Part shown: positions 8,992 through 17,302 of the stretch, one piece after another
Layout of the letters: every line of letters begins with the position of its first letter
Numbering within the stretch: position 1 is the stretch's first letter
NCBI GenBank assembly: GCA_964612055.1
Contig: CAZTBI010000001.1
Span: 228,824 to 292,823 of the forward strand
Source: an uncultured Bdellovibrionales bacterium
GTDB taxonomy: Bacteria > Patescibacteriota > Minisyncoccia > Moranbacterales > UBA1568
Direction: 5' to 3'
Length of the DNA: 64,000 nt
Position numbers and translations under genes: made by a program
The notes under the pieces: generated by a model
Seen by the model: only the letters and a program-made list of their open reading frames with translations
Told to the model about the DNA's origin: nothing
Database searches by the model: none

Positions 8992-9873
8992 GTGAAAAAT
9001 ATCACCGCAACCGCATTGCTTTCTGATGGACAGGAAGCTCCAATCGAAACCTACAGTGTCGAACCAAATGATGCTGAGTACCTGCAGTTATTTCGACGTA
9101 TCGTGCATTTGCACAGAGACGCGGCTCTCGTGACGCATGGACTGATCGCTCTCAGCAACGAGGCAGGCAAGTACTTCGATCGAGACCCCTTCGAACAAGC
9201 CACGGGTGACTATCAAAGGTACGCCCACTCCAAGGAAGAGCATTTCATCCACTGGATCATCGTGAAAGGCAGGAAGAAACAACAAGCCCACGTTGGTGGC
9301 ATTGTCGAATGGACCCCTATCACTACCGGAGAAGCAGTCATTCTGCGTCTCTATGTTCTGAAGGCCTTTCGACGCCGCGGTGCGGCAACGGCGCTCCTCG
9401 CAGAAGCTGTTGGGCATATGACCGGCCAAGGATACCAATTCGTCACGGCACTCCCACAGAAGAATCCACGCGATGGCAAAGGATTCCTCATCAGAAGCGG
9501 TTTCTTTCAAACCATGCTGGGGTTTTCCAGAAAGGTCTCCAGGCACCAACTGAATCAACCTCCCAGCTCGAGGAACTCGAGCCGATCATTGTTGTCAACG
9601 ACTAAATACTCACCAAGGAGCATGCGATGCATATCCGTGTCGAATCCCCCTACGTACCGATTGATGGCGAGCTCGCCGCCTTTCGTACGCTCACTGGTCA
9701 AAAAGCCGCACAACTGCATCGACTCACCCAAGAAGCAGCCACCGTGCCAAGAACAACTCTGCACAGATTCGTTTCTGCGCGACATGGCAAGTATGTCTTT
9801 GTCGCCTTTGCCACAGAAAGCGACTTCCCGGTTGCCTTCGCCACCTGCATCGTCGTCGAAACCGGCGTCATGA
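8992..9873 (+). CDS. GNAT-family acetyltransferase-like protein; C-terminal extension doubtful
   Basis: LYVLKAFRRRGAATALL acetyl-CoA motif; GAGGAG SD before GTG; overlaps next gene by ~250 nt. Confidence 0.65.
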   Translation: MKNITATALLSDGQEAPIETYSVEPNDAEYLQLFRRIVHLHRDAALVTHGLIALSNEAGKYFDRDPFEQATGDYQRYAHSKEEHFIHWIIVKGRKKQQAHVGGIVEWTPITTGEAVILRLYVLKAFRRRGAATALLAEAVGHMTGQGYQFVTALPQKNPRDGKGFLIRSGFFQTMLGFSRKVSRHQLNQPPSSRNSSRSLLSTTKYSPRSMRCISVSNPPTYRLMASSPPFVRSLVKKPHNCIDSPKKQPPCQEQLCTDSFLRDMASMSLSPLPQKATSRLPSPPASSSKPAS

Positions 9874-10151
9874 GCTACGGCATCATCACCGACTTTGTCG
9901 TCTTGGCAGAATGTCGTAGAAAGGGAGTGGCTCATCAGCTGGTCTTCGACATCGTGAGAAGAATGAGTGACGCAAGCGTCCTTCTGGCTTCAGGAAACAA
10001 ACAGCTAACGCTACTCCACGTGGCGATAAGCTCACACCTCATTTCTTGTCGCAAGCTCTTCGAGGGCTGCGGGTTCACGCTCGTGCACGGCAACAATGGA
10101 AACGTCACTGAGAGCATCTACGAACTCCGCCTCACGAAGACTGAAGACTGA
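9627..10151 (+). CDS. GNAT-family acetyltransferase-like protein
   Basis: FVVLAECRRKGVAHQL...KLFEGCGF; AAGGAG SD; terminator at ~10178-10208. Confidence 0.75.
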   Translation: MHIRVESPYVPIDGELAAFRTLTGQKAAQLHRLTQEAATVPRTTLHRFVSARHGKYVFVAFATESDFPVAFATCIVVETGVMSYGIITDFVVLAECRRKGVAHQLVFDIVRRMSDASVLLASGNKQLTLLHVAISSHLISCRKLFEGCGFTLVHGNNGNVTESIYELRLTKTED

Positions 10152-10277
10152 GGATTGCGGACGAAGAACAGACAGACACCCGAAGCGAAACACGCGCTTC
10201 GGGTTTTTCATTTGTAAAATTGACAGTAAATAAAGGTTGCGCCATGATGCTATCAATCGACATCGTCGAGAGTTCCT

Positions 10278-10628
10278 TTGTCTTTCAACCCCTCTTGGGA
10301 GAAAGTCATGCAAACAGCCCTTTGTTTCGATGCTCAAGATCTCGCGTTTGAAGCAGCAGTCAGACTCCATGCTCCCTGTCCACAACACGAGCTCCTGCGC
10401 TACTTCCTCTATCCGCAGAAATACTGGGAAGGCTTTCTGGAGCGCTTTGGCAGACCCGGAGCAACACCCGAAGAACAGGCTTCCAAAGAAGGTCTCGAGT
10501 ATGTCTATGCCAAATGGTTCTTGGCACTGCGCGAAGCCTGCATGGACCCGGAAAAGGAAATCGTGGTCACCCACGGTTCGCCGGACAGCGACTACAGGTT
10601 ACTCCGGAGCACCGAGGAGCAATCATGA
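10278..10628 (+). CDS. Hypothetical protein
   Basis: ORF after a TTGACA promoter; ATGA overlap with next ORF. Confidence 0.55.
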   Translation: MSFNPSWEKVMQTALCFDAQDLAFEAAVRLHAPCPQHELLRYFLYPQKYWEGFLERFGRPGATPEEQASKEGLEYVYAKWFLALREACMDPEKEIVVTHGSPDSDYRLLRSTEEQS

Positions 10629-11020
10629 TCACACGAGATGATGCTGTCAGAAAAGAGACAATGGCTGATTTTCATACCATTGTCGCGCAAGCTGCAGACT
10701 GCATCGCTCAGGCTTTGAGCTCCATGGAACAGCCGCCACCTCTACAACTGACGCAGGACGAATACGAAAAGGGCGAATGGCCAATACCAGCACCCTACAG
10801 AAAGCTCATCGATCAAGTCCGGAGAGAATTTCAGAATGAGCGACTGTACGAAATTTCAAACGCTCAACTACGCCTTGCAATTCTTCAAGGGACTGAACGA
10901 GTTTCGCTTTTGTATGTTGGTGGAATGCTTGTTGTCACACCCAAGCCAGACAGATGCAGCACGCACTGGAGTCATCGTGGAAACTCTCGTCGTCGCACAT
11001 CGCTCCGCAATCAAGCCTAG
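10625..11020 (+). CDS. Hypothetical protein
   Basis: GAGGAG SD before ATG 10625; hairpin + T-run at end. Confidence 0.6.
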   Translation: MITRDDAVRKETMADFHTIVAQAADCIAQALSSMEQPPPLQLTQDEYEKGEWPIPAPYRKLIDQVRREFQNERLYEISNAQLRLAILQGTERVSLLYVGGMLVVTPKPDRCSTHWSHRGNSRRRTSLRNQA

Positions 11021-11131
11021 GCCAACATACCTCGGCTTTTTCATTTCTTGACTTTGTGATATATTTTCGATAGAGTTCAAGGTTCGTGAAACCGCGAACA
11101 TCTATCAACCCTTCCCCAACGGAGGTTTCTC

Positions 11132-11470
11132 ATGACAGCACAACAGTTGTTTGCCAAACAGGCGTTTGCCATGGCCTTGAGCTCGGCCTGCGGGGTCGAC
11201 ATCAAGCCCGAAGCAGTGTCCGTCTCGTTCATGTCGGACGAAGTGCTCCAATGCCTCGTCGTCCGTCCCGGAGGTGTCGCCGAAGGAACCTTCCATGGCG
11301 ACGAAGACGGTGGCATGGTTCACATCGAATCGATCGGCCAGAAGCGCTGCGCCTATACCTACTGGTTCGAGGCCTGCACGGACGGCACGGCGGTCCCGAT
11401 CGAAACGGTGCTGGCATACGCCAACTACGAAGATCGCGTGATCCAAGTCCTGGAGCTGGAAGCAGCCTGA
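11132..11470 (+). CDS. Hypothetical protein (GC-rich orphan)
   Basis: GGAGG SD, own promoter, terminator at ~11505-11540. Confidence 0.65.
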   Translation: MTAQQLFAKQAFAMALSSACGVDIKPEAVSVSFMSDEVLQCLVVRPGGVAEGTFHGDEDGGMVHIESIGQKRCAYTYWFEACTDGTAVPIETVLAYANYEDRVIQVLELEAA

Positions 11471-11557
11471 GACCACAAGCGCCGGCACGCCCGGTACACA
11501 AAACGGCAGCACCAGTCCCTGGTCTGCCGCTTTTCTTTTTTTTATATCAAATTTTCT

Positions 11558-12076
11558 CTAACGCGCCAGAGAAAGGTCGGCGGAGTTGAAAAGCACAGAG
11601 AAGTCCTCGCACCAGGTCAGCACGTAGCGATATTGTGATAGGTCGGTACCTGCCGGTACCGTATAATTTATATTTCCCTCTGTTCCCTTGATCTTCCCGA
11701 GATCAACGTATTTGGTCGCTTGGAGATCAGTCGAAAGATAGACGCGCAGGTCCGGGCCATTGATTGTCTTGTAGTTTTCATAACGGATAATCGTCTCGTC
11801 ACCGTTTTTCACTACCCGTACCGTCCCCGATGCTGGGTGAGCTGTTGTTGCAACCACAGGAACAGTTCCAGCGGCGCTCTTATTCGGGTCAGGCTCCCCT
11901 ACCGCAATCGACTGGGGTATTTCTTTCGACTGACCATCCTGACGTGCAGGTTCGGGCAAAACATCATTGACGACTTTGTTCCGAAGCAACGGAGAAAGCG
12001 CGTACCATGCGATAGCGAGCGCTACAGTAGCTACAAGCGCGAACAAGATATGCTTCTTTTGTATGCCAGCGCTCAT
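11558..12076 (-). CDS. DM13 domain protein with N-terminal anchor
   Basis: HPASGTV...NGPDLRVYLS...DLGKIKGTEGNINY...VLTWCEDFSVLF. Confidence 0.88.
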   Translation of the reverse strand: MSAGIQKKHILFALVATVALAIAWYALSPLLRNKVVNDVLPEPARQDGQSKEIPQSIAVGEPDPNKSAAGTVPVVATTAHPASGTVRVVKNGDETIIRYENYKTINGPDLRVYLSTDLQATKYVDLGKIKGTEGNINYTVPAGTDLSQYRYVLTWCEDFSVLFNSADLSLAR

Positions 12077-12189
12077 AGAGTTGCAACCAATGTTTATGCG
12101 TGTAGTATAGCAGATTGACAGGAATGAGCTTTTACGGCACCATGGGGAAGCGTATTTCTCACCCCCCCAACTGGTCAAGGAGACGAGAA

Positions 12190-12372
12190 GTGTCGAAAAC
12201 TGGACAACAAAGCCAAGGTGGTTCGGGCAAGCCGAACTTCAAACCCTACAGGAAGGGTTCCAGCAAAAAGGGTGCGGCTCGCCGGAAAGAGCGTGCGGGC
12301 AAGCAGTGGGCTGCTGGCGAAAAGAAAAAGGACAAGCTGCGCGAAGAGCGCCAGAAGTCCGACAGGTGGTAA
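12190..12372 (+). CDS. Small, highly basic orphan protein (60 aa)
   Basis: AAGGAG SD before GTG 12190; K/R-rich; terminator 12406-12436. Confidence 0.55.
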   Translation: MSKTGQQSQGGSGKPNFKPYRKGSSKKGAARRKERAGKQWAAGEKKKDKLREERQKSDRW

Positions 12373-12469
12373 TCCGCCTTCAATCGAAACAATCGGCAGA
12401 CAACGAAGTCCCGGTAGCAACGCTCCCGGGCTTTTTCATTGACACAAAAGTCTGAGGGAGTTACCTTAT

Positions 12470-12714
12470 GAGCAACAGAGTATGAAGAAGCATAGGAGTG
12501 TCTAATCTTCCATTAGCTGGGCACTTCAGCACAGATGGTCTAGAGCAAATGCTTCTCGGTGGGTAGGATTCCATAGGGAAAAGTCCCCCCTTATGACATG
12601 TTACCTTCTCGCAAGGCTTACGAGCAGCAACCTGAGATGGCGCGACTCTGTTGGTCCGACCACTGGTCTGGGGCATAAATAAAGAAGGCGTCGGAGCAAC
12701 CGCTCTCGACGCCT
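12470..12714 (+). ncRNA. Candidate structured ncRNA (~190-nt core plus terminator)
   Basis: TTGACA-17-TACCTT promoter, 5'/3' pairing CAACAGAGT/ACTCTGTTG, internal stems, no + strand ORF, terminal hairpin. Confidence 0.55.
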
Positions 12715-13051
12715 ATTTCTTTTTTTCTTCCTTCTTTTTGATCGCTCTCCATTGTTTCTGGTAAAAGCGACAACGCTTTGCCAACCATTGGATGGCCTGG
12801 TGATAGCTCATCTCCTGGTGCTCTTCGAGAAACTTAATCACCCCGCCGTGCCGACCACAACCAAAACAATGATAGGTTTGCATGGTTGAACTCAAAAGAA
12901 ACGAAGGCGTTTGCTCCTCATGAAATGGGCAAAGAGCTCTGTACCTCCTTTGCCCATTACGATCTCGCCTCAGTTTCATGAAGCACCTGATCACTGCAAC
13001 GATATCAGCTCTACAACAGAGCCGATCGACGTACTCTTTCGAATAATACAT
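12713..13051 (-). CDS. Stand-alone CHC2 zinc-finger (DNA primase zinc-binding domain-like) protein
   Basis: LCPFHEEQTPSF...YHCFGCGRHGGVIKFL...AIQWLA; CAGGAG SD. Confidence 0.85.
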   Translation of the reverse strand: MYYSKEYVDRLCCRADIVAVIRCFMKLRRDRNGQRRYRALCPFHEEQTPSFLLSSTMQTYHCFGCGRHGGVIKFLEEHQEMSYHQAIQWLAKRCRFYQKQWRAIKKKEEKKK

Positions 13052-13180
13052 CGTAAGCTCCTGGTTGAAAGAACAATATTCCTTTGTATCATCGAGCCAA
13101 GAGAAAGTCAATTCTTAAAGAAATAAAAAACCCGCACCTTTCTTTCGAAAGATCCGGGTATCTGAGGAACCGAAGAGGGG

Positions 13181-13453
13181 CTAGGAAAAGCGGAACCTCT
13201 GCGGTATGCGAAAGAGCGGTCGACCGGACACGTAGCGACATTCCAGTCGCCCATATTCAGTCAGCCTCCTCAGGCGAAACAGCAACTGTGCGCAGACGCA
13301 GCCAATTTCTCGCGGGGCCACCCAGCACCTCTGGTTCCTATCCCCAGGTTTGGGTCGCATACCTTTCCGCAAGCCGTACTGGTGTTGGCACCACCCTGCT
13401 TTTTCCACGGCAATGAGGATGTATTTGTCATCCGCTCCAACCTTCACAAGCAT
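13181..13453 (-). CDS. Hypothetical basic protein
   Basis: AAGGAGG SD before ATG 13453, immediately after the upstream gene. Confidence 0.55.
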   Translation of the reverse strand: MLVKVGADDKYILIAVEKAGWCQHQYGLRKGMRPKPGDRNQRCWVAPREIGCVCAQLLFRLRRLTEYGRLECRYVSGRPLFRIPQRFRFS

Positions 13454-13464
13454 GGCAACCTCCT

Positions 13465-13761
13465 TCAGATTGAGTACTTCGACCAAACAAGGATGATGTA
13501 CTTCTGGTAAGAAGCGAAGTCTTGCCCTTTGGCAGCGCCCTCCGCGTCTATTTTCCAAATGGACTCTTCCTTCCCAGGACCATTCCCTTTGACGATGTAG
13601 TGCTCGCCAGACTTCCAAAGAGCGAAACAGGTGTCTTGCTTTCTGTCTGGGCAGTCCACAGGGGCTATGATCCTCGCCCCACGGAGGTCAGGCTTTTCCT
13701 GAGCCAAGACTCCAGTGTGGCACAGAAGGGCCAACGTAAAGATAACGAGGTAGCGTGACAT
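13465..13761 (-). CDS. Hypothetical secreted protein
   Basis: Signal peptide ending VLA-Q; AAGGAG SD. Confidence 0.65.
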   Translation of the reverse strand: MSRYLVIFTLALLCHTGVLAQEKPDLRGARIIAPVDCPDRKQDTCFALWKSGEHYIVKGNGPGKEESIWKIDAEGAAKGQDFASYQKYIILVWSKYSI

Positions 13762-13845
13762 GATTGGGACTCCTTTCACCATGCCAAAAGAACTCTTTCT
13801 GCTACCCGCTTTGTAGCACCAGGCCGAAGTGAAGTCAATCTATCC

Positions 13846-14133
13846 CTAAGCTTCGAAGCCGATTTTGGATGTCGGAGCCTCCGATGGGGCGACATTACCG
13901 AATTGTGATTCGTATTTAGCCAGGTTATCGGTCATGGCCATGACTATACGTTTGAAATGACTAGGACTGACAATCACTCGGGCATTGAGTGTTCCTGTTG
14001 GAGGAAAAACATTCAAGAAGTCCAAAACGAATTCTTCTTTCGTGTGCAAAATATTGGCCATATTTGAATAGTGACCTCGCAGAATCTCGTCACTGGCCTT
14101 AATCTGAATTTGTGGTGCTTGTGGTTGTTCCAT
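13846..14133 (-). CDS. DUF3467 family protein
   Basis: GHYSNMANILHTKEEFVLDF...ARVIVSPSHFKR...YESQFG. Confidence 0.85.
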   Translation of the reverse strand: MEQPQAPQIQIKASDEILRGHYSNMANILHTKEEFVLDFLNVFPPTGTLNARVIVSPSHFKRIVMAMTDNLAKYESQFGNVAPSEAPTSKIGFEA

Positions 14134-14187
14134 AATGTTGTAATTATTTATTTACCTGCATGACCCTCCAGAGGCGGGCAGGCATTC

Positions 14188-14288
14188 GCACCCCTTTTTT
14201 TTCAACTTCTCATCCAGAGTTTATCCGCCGAAGCCAGGCGTAGGAGGACTTTGATTTGAACTTGGTTTGGTTGTTGTTGTTCGGTCAT
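14188..14288 (-). pseudogene. DUF3467 5' fragment with a 29-nt palindromic insert
   Basis: MTEQQQPNQVQIK[insert 14220-14248]ALDEKLK aligns to MEQPQAPQIQIKASDEILR. Confidence 0.75.
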
Positions 14289-14302
14289 AAGTTTTATTTA
14301 TT

Positions 14303-15130
14303 TTAAATTATTTGTGATAACTTCAGACTCTCCTGTATCCCAAGCGGTTTGATATGGGTGAGCTTTTGCATGAGAGTGTTATCGAGAGATGTATCCACAA
14401 GCATACCGTCTGGTTGTGGTGAAGGCATTGGCACACCATGGAGCCCAGCTGTGGGTACTCCCAGTGTCTCCATTCCCTCTCGGGTAAATTCATACACATT
14501 CATTCTCTCGCCAGAAATATGAATGAGACCAGTATAGTCCGAAAGAGTCAGTATCGTGATGATTTCGGCAGCTTGGTGATAACTGAGAGGAGATTTGTAC
14601 ATGTCAGTGAAACGAGACACTTCCTTCCCTTGGTTCAGATCCTTACGAACTACTTCCAGTCGATCGTCGAGTACACCACTAACGAATCCATACATATAGC
14701 TCGGTCGGATGATGCAATGATTTTCCGTATTCTTTCGAACGAGGTTCTCACAAAGTTCCAGATTCCTACCGTAGAGCGTTACAGGCTGAGGTTGATCGGA
14801 TTCTGTATACATACCTTTCTTGCCATCAAAGATACCATCACTTGATATGTACACTATTCTCGAATTCTTAAAGAACTGGAGAAAGCGCTTCATGGCTTGT
14901 TCGAGAGCGGCGCTATCCTCTGTAAATTCTATCTTGGCTGGGATGATCACTGCGTCAATCTCTTTGCCAGCAAAAACTTTCTCCGGATCATCATTGAAGA
15001 AATCATACTGGCGAGAGGTCTTAAATTTCTGATGCATATTATGCGTCATGACAACATCAGCACCACGTTCTTTGAGTACGCGACATAATTCTTCTCCAAG
15101 AAACCCTGTCCCTATAACCGCTACTCGCAT
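14303..15130 (-). CDS. RmlD-like NAD(P)-dependent sugar reductase (SDR)
   Basis: IGTGFLG, YISSDGIFDGKKGMYTESD, P.TLYG. Confidence 0.82.
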   Translation of the reverse strand: MRVAVIGTGFLGEELCRVLKERGADVVMTHNMHQKFKTSRQYDFFNDDPEKVFAGKEIDAVIIPAKIEFTEDSAALEQAMKRFLQFFKNSRIVYISSDGIFDGKKGMYTESDQPQPVTLYGRNLELCENLVRKNTENHCIIRPSYMYGFVSGVLDDRLEVVRKDLNQGKEVSRFTDMYKSPLSYHQAAEIITILTLSDYTGLIHISGERMNVYEFTREGMETLGVPTAGLHGVPMPSPQPDGMLVDTSLDNTLMQKLTHIKPLGIQESLKLSQII

Positions 15131-15147
15131 AGTCTTTAATTTTATCC

Positions 15148-15846
15148 TTAGAATTTTCGATGGGAAAATTGGACGATATAGGCAAGCTGAGTTTCCATAT
15201 ATTCTGGTTTATCTCGACGGTAGGAAAAGTATTTTTCCTTGAGACAGTAGGAACACTCACCGGAGTCTATTATTTTTTCAGGCAGTATACCGAGACTTTC
15301 GGCCTGCTGACGCATAATCCCCTTCAAATCAACATGAATACCATTGTCACGAGAGATATATTCTGGATACTGAGCAAATGATGAAAGGACGTCTTCTTGT
15401 ATTTCAAAATGTTTCGCACAAATACCAGGACCAAAAGTAAGAATTATTTCAGATCTTTTCCCACCAGCTTTTTCAATCGCAGAAAGAGTCTCGGCAATAA
15501 CTCCAGCGACAATACCGCGCCATCCACAGTGCGCCAAGCCGATGATGCCAGAGTGTTTTTCTTCAAAGTAAACCGGGAAACAATCAGCTCCGGTGAGCGT
15601 GAGAATAATATCTGAGTCTTTGGTAACGAGAGCATCTGTTTCGGGGGTGATATATGGAGAATGTCGATTGATCATTGCCACCCGTGTACCATGTACCAGG
15701 TTCGCAACAACAATTTGCTTTCCGCCAAGTCTGAGTGCTTCGAAAAACTCTTTACGATGAGCAATATTCTCTGCGCGCGGATTGGTAAGCGGCAAATACA
15801 TCGAGCCATCCTTCTTTTCCGAAAATCCTTTCAAAACTTTGTTCAT
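15148..15846 (-). CDS. pgeF: YfiH/PgeF family (purine nucleoside phosphorylase/laccase-like) protein
   Basis: VHG, DALVT, GADCFPV, AHCGWRG, GPGIC, YFSYRR. Confidence 0.88.
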   Translation of the reverse strand: MNKVLKGFSEKKDGSMYLPLTNPRAENIAHRKEFFEALRLGGKQIVVANLVHGTRVAMINRHSPYITPETDALVTKDSDIILTLTGADCFPVYFEEKHSGIIGLAHCGWRGIVAGVIAETLSAIEKAGGKRSEIILTFGPGICAKHFEIQEDVLSSFAQYPEYISRDNGIHVDLKGIMRQQAESLGILPEKIIDSGECSYCLKEKYFSYRRDKPEYMETQLAYIVQFSHRKF

Positions 15847-15852
15847 AAGATT

Positions 15853-15893
15853 ATTATAGCACTCTTGACTTTCTTATGAAAAAGTGCTATAAA
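15853..15893. promoter_or_regulatory. Back-to-back promoters inside a 10-bp inverted repeat
   Basis: + strand TTGACT-17-TATAAA; - strand TGcTATAAT; TTATAGCACT-19-AGTGCTATAA. Confidence 0.7.
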
Positions 15894-15963
15894 ATGAGGT
15901 TGGCAAATTCCTTGCCAATCCGATTAAATAATCGGCCAGAAGATCTTTTACAGGAGAGACAGC

Positions 15964-16536
15964 GTGAATTTCAACCACTTCTTCCCGCTCTACACCAGCC
16001 ACATGACCGGCGATGACGCCGTGACCGCTACCCAAAGCATCCAGAACGGGGAAGCGTGCGGAGTGGTGATCAACTCGCCCGGTGGCACCATGAACAGCTT
16101 CATGGACGAAGCCGTGGCCCTCATCGATCAGCGGTTCACGGCTCTGGGACTCACCATTGGCTCGCTGGCTGTCGACTACTACCTCTGCGCCAGTACCCGG
16201 ATCGCACTCCCCAGCTCCACCTTCTTCGTCCACCACCCGCAGTTCGGGCCAGAAGAAGAAGCAGGCCAGACGCTGGAACAGCTGTTCTGGAAGTACGAAG
16301 TGAGCCGGGCGCTCATCGAAACTGGCCAGGCATCGGAACGGGCACGCAAAAGCCACAACGAGCTCATCCGCGTGATCCTCGGTACCGCCGACTGCCAGTA
16401 TTTCGGCGTACGATGGGTCGCCAAGCGGACCGGTCTCGAGCCGGGCATCGTCGACCAACTCATGCGCGACGAAGTCATGCTCACCGCGAGCGAAGCGCTC
16501 CAACTGGGGTTCGTGCATCACATCATCGACACCTAG
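15964..16536 (+). CDS. Divergent ClpP-like protease
   Basis: INSPGG, GSLA (Ser), ALPSSTFFVHHP (His), EVMLTASEALQLGFV. Confidence 0.8.
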   Translation: MNFNHFFPLYTSHMTGDDAVTATQSIQNGEACGVVINSPGGTMNSFMDEAVALIDQRFTALGLTIGSLAVDYYLCASTRIALPSSTFFVHHPQFGPEEEAGQTLEQLFWKYEVSRALIETGQASERARKSHNELIRVILGTADCQYFGVRWVAKRTGLEPGIVDQLMRDEVMLTASEALQLGFVHHIIDT

Positions 16537-16597
16537 GTCAAACGACCAAGGCATCAAAAAAGCGCTGACAGAGAAATCTGCCAGCGCTTCTTCATTT

Positions 16598-16651
16598 TTA
16601 TTTCTCATCCGTCGCTTTGATTTGAATCTGATTTGGTTGTTGTTCGGACAT
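16598..16651 (-). pseudogene. DUF3467 5' fragment (17 codons)
   Basis: MSEQQPNQIQIKATDEK* resembles the N-termini at 14288 and 14133. Confidence 0.75.
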
Positions 16652-16656
16652 AATTA

Positions 16657-17238
16657 TTACTTTAGAAAAGGATATTTCTCCTGAAAGAAAGTTTTGAGAC
16701 TAACAAAATTATCTTCTCTTACATGACCCCATCCTTGAAGATCTTGCTTTCTACTTTGTGCAATGAATATATCAATTACAGAAAAGAAATCTTTTATTTG
16801 AGATGCATAACTCTTAATTATTTTCCCTAGCTCTTCTTCATCGATAAAGTTGTGCTCTTTATTTTTTTTGAGAACATACATAAGCTCCTGAAGAAGCATA
16901 AAAAAGTCGGTTGCTTCTTCTCTCACCATTTCTTCAGCTCCACCTCCCGTGTACTGAATGCCACCTTTTGTTATCTTAAAATCGTTTAATGGAATACGTT
17001 TGACTAGAATGCTCTGAAGATACTCATAAAAATGAAGGAAGAAAAATTTTTCGTAGTACTCTTGAAACTTTCTGCCATAGTAAAAGGTTTGTGTTACCTT
17101 TTTCTGAAAATCTCTAACACTTTTTTGGTTTTTCTGATGTAAGTATGCAGCAGCTGCAACTGCTATCCCTAAACCAGATAATAAATCACCCATGTTTCCT
17201 GCTTCTTGACTAGTGACGAGTTTAATCAAATCTTCCAT
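16657..17238 (-). CDS. AT-rich hypothetical protein with N-terminal TM
   Basis: 193-aa ORF, visibly more AT-rich than its neighbours. Confidence 0.7.
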   Translation of the reverse strand: MEDLIKLVTSQEAGNMGDLLSGLGIAVAAAAYLHQKNQKSVRDFQKKVTQTFYYGRKFQEYYEKFFFLHFYEYLQSILVKRIPLNDFKITKGGIQYTGGGAEEMVREEATDFFMLLQELMYVLKKNKEHNFIDEEELGKIIKSYASQIKDFFSVIDIFIAQSRKQDLQGWGHVREDNFVSLKTFFQEKYPFLK

Positions 17239-17265
17239 AAACAGTTAGTTTTTCAATTATTAGCC

Positions 17266-17292
17266 AAAAGCGGGGCGAAATGCCCCGCTTTT
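17266..17292 (-). terminator. dnaK terminator
   Basis: AAAAGCGGGGC-gaaat-GCCCCGCTTTT. Confidence 0.85.
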
Positions 17293-17302
17293 ATGCTACA
17301 CC

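Noticed and set aside
12470-12660. RNase P RNA, SRP RNA or retron msr-msd
   Set aside because: GGGAAAAGTCC and GGCTTA echo RNase P conserved regions, but length and spacing do not fit; no SRP helix-8 motif; no reverse transcriptase nearby
15854-15892. Second true CIRCE
   Set aside because: Spacer is much longer than 9 bp and the right arm lacks GAGTGCTAA; explained by divergent -10 elements
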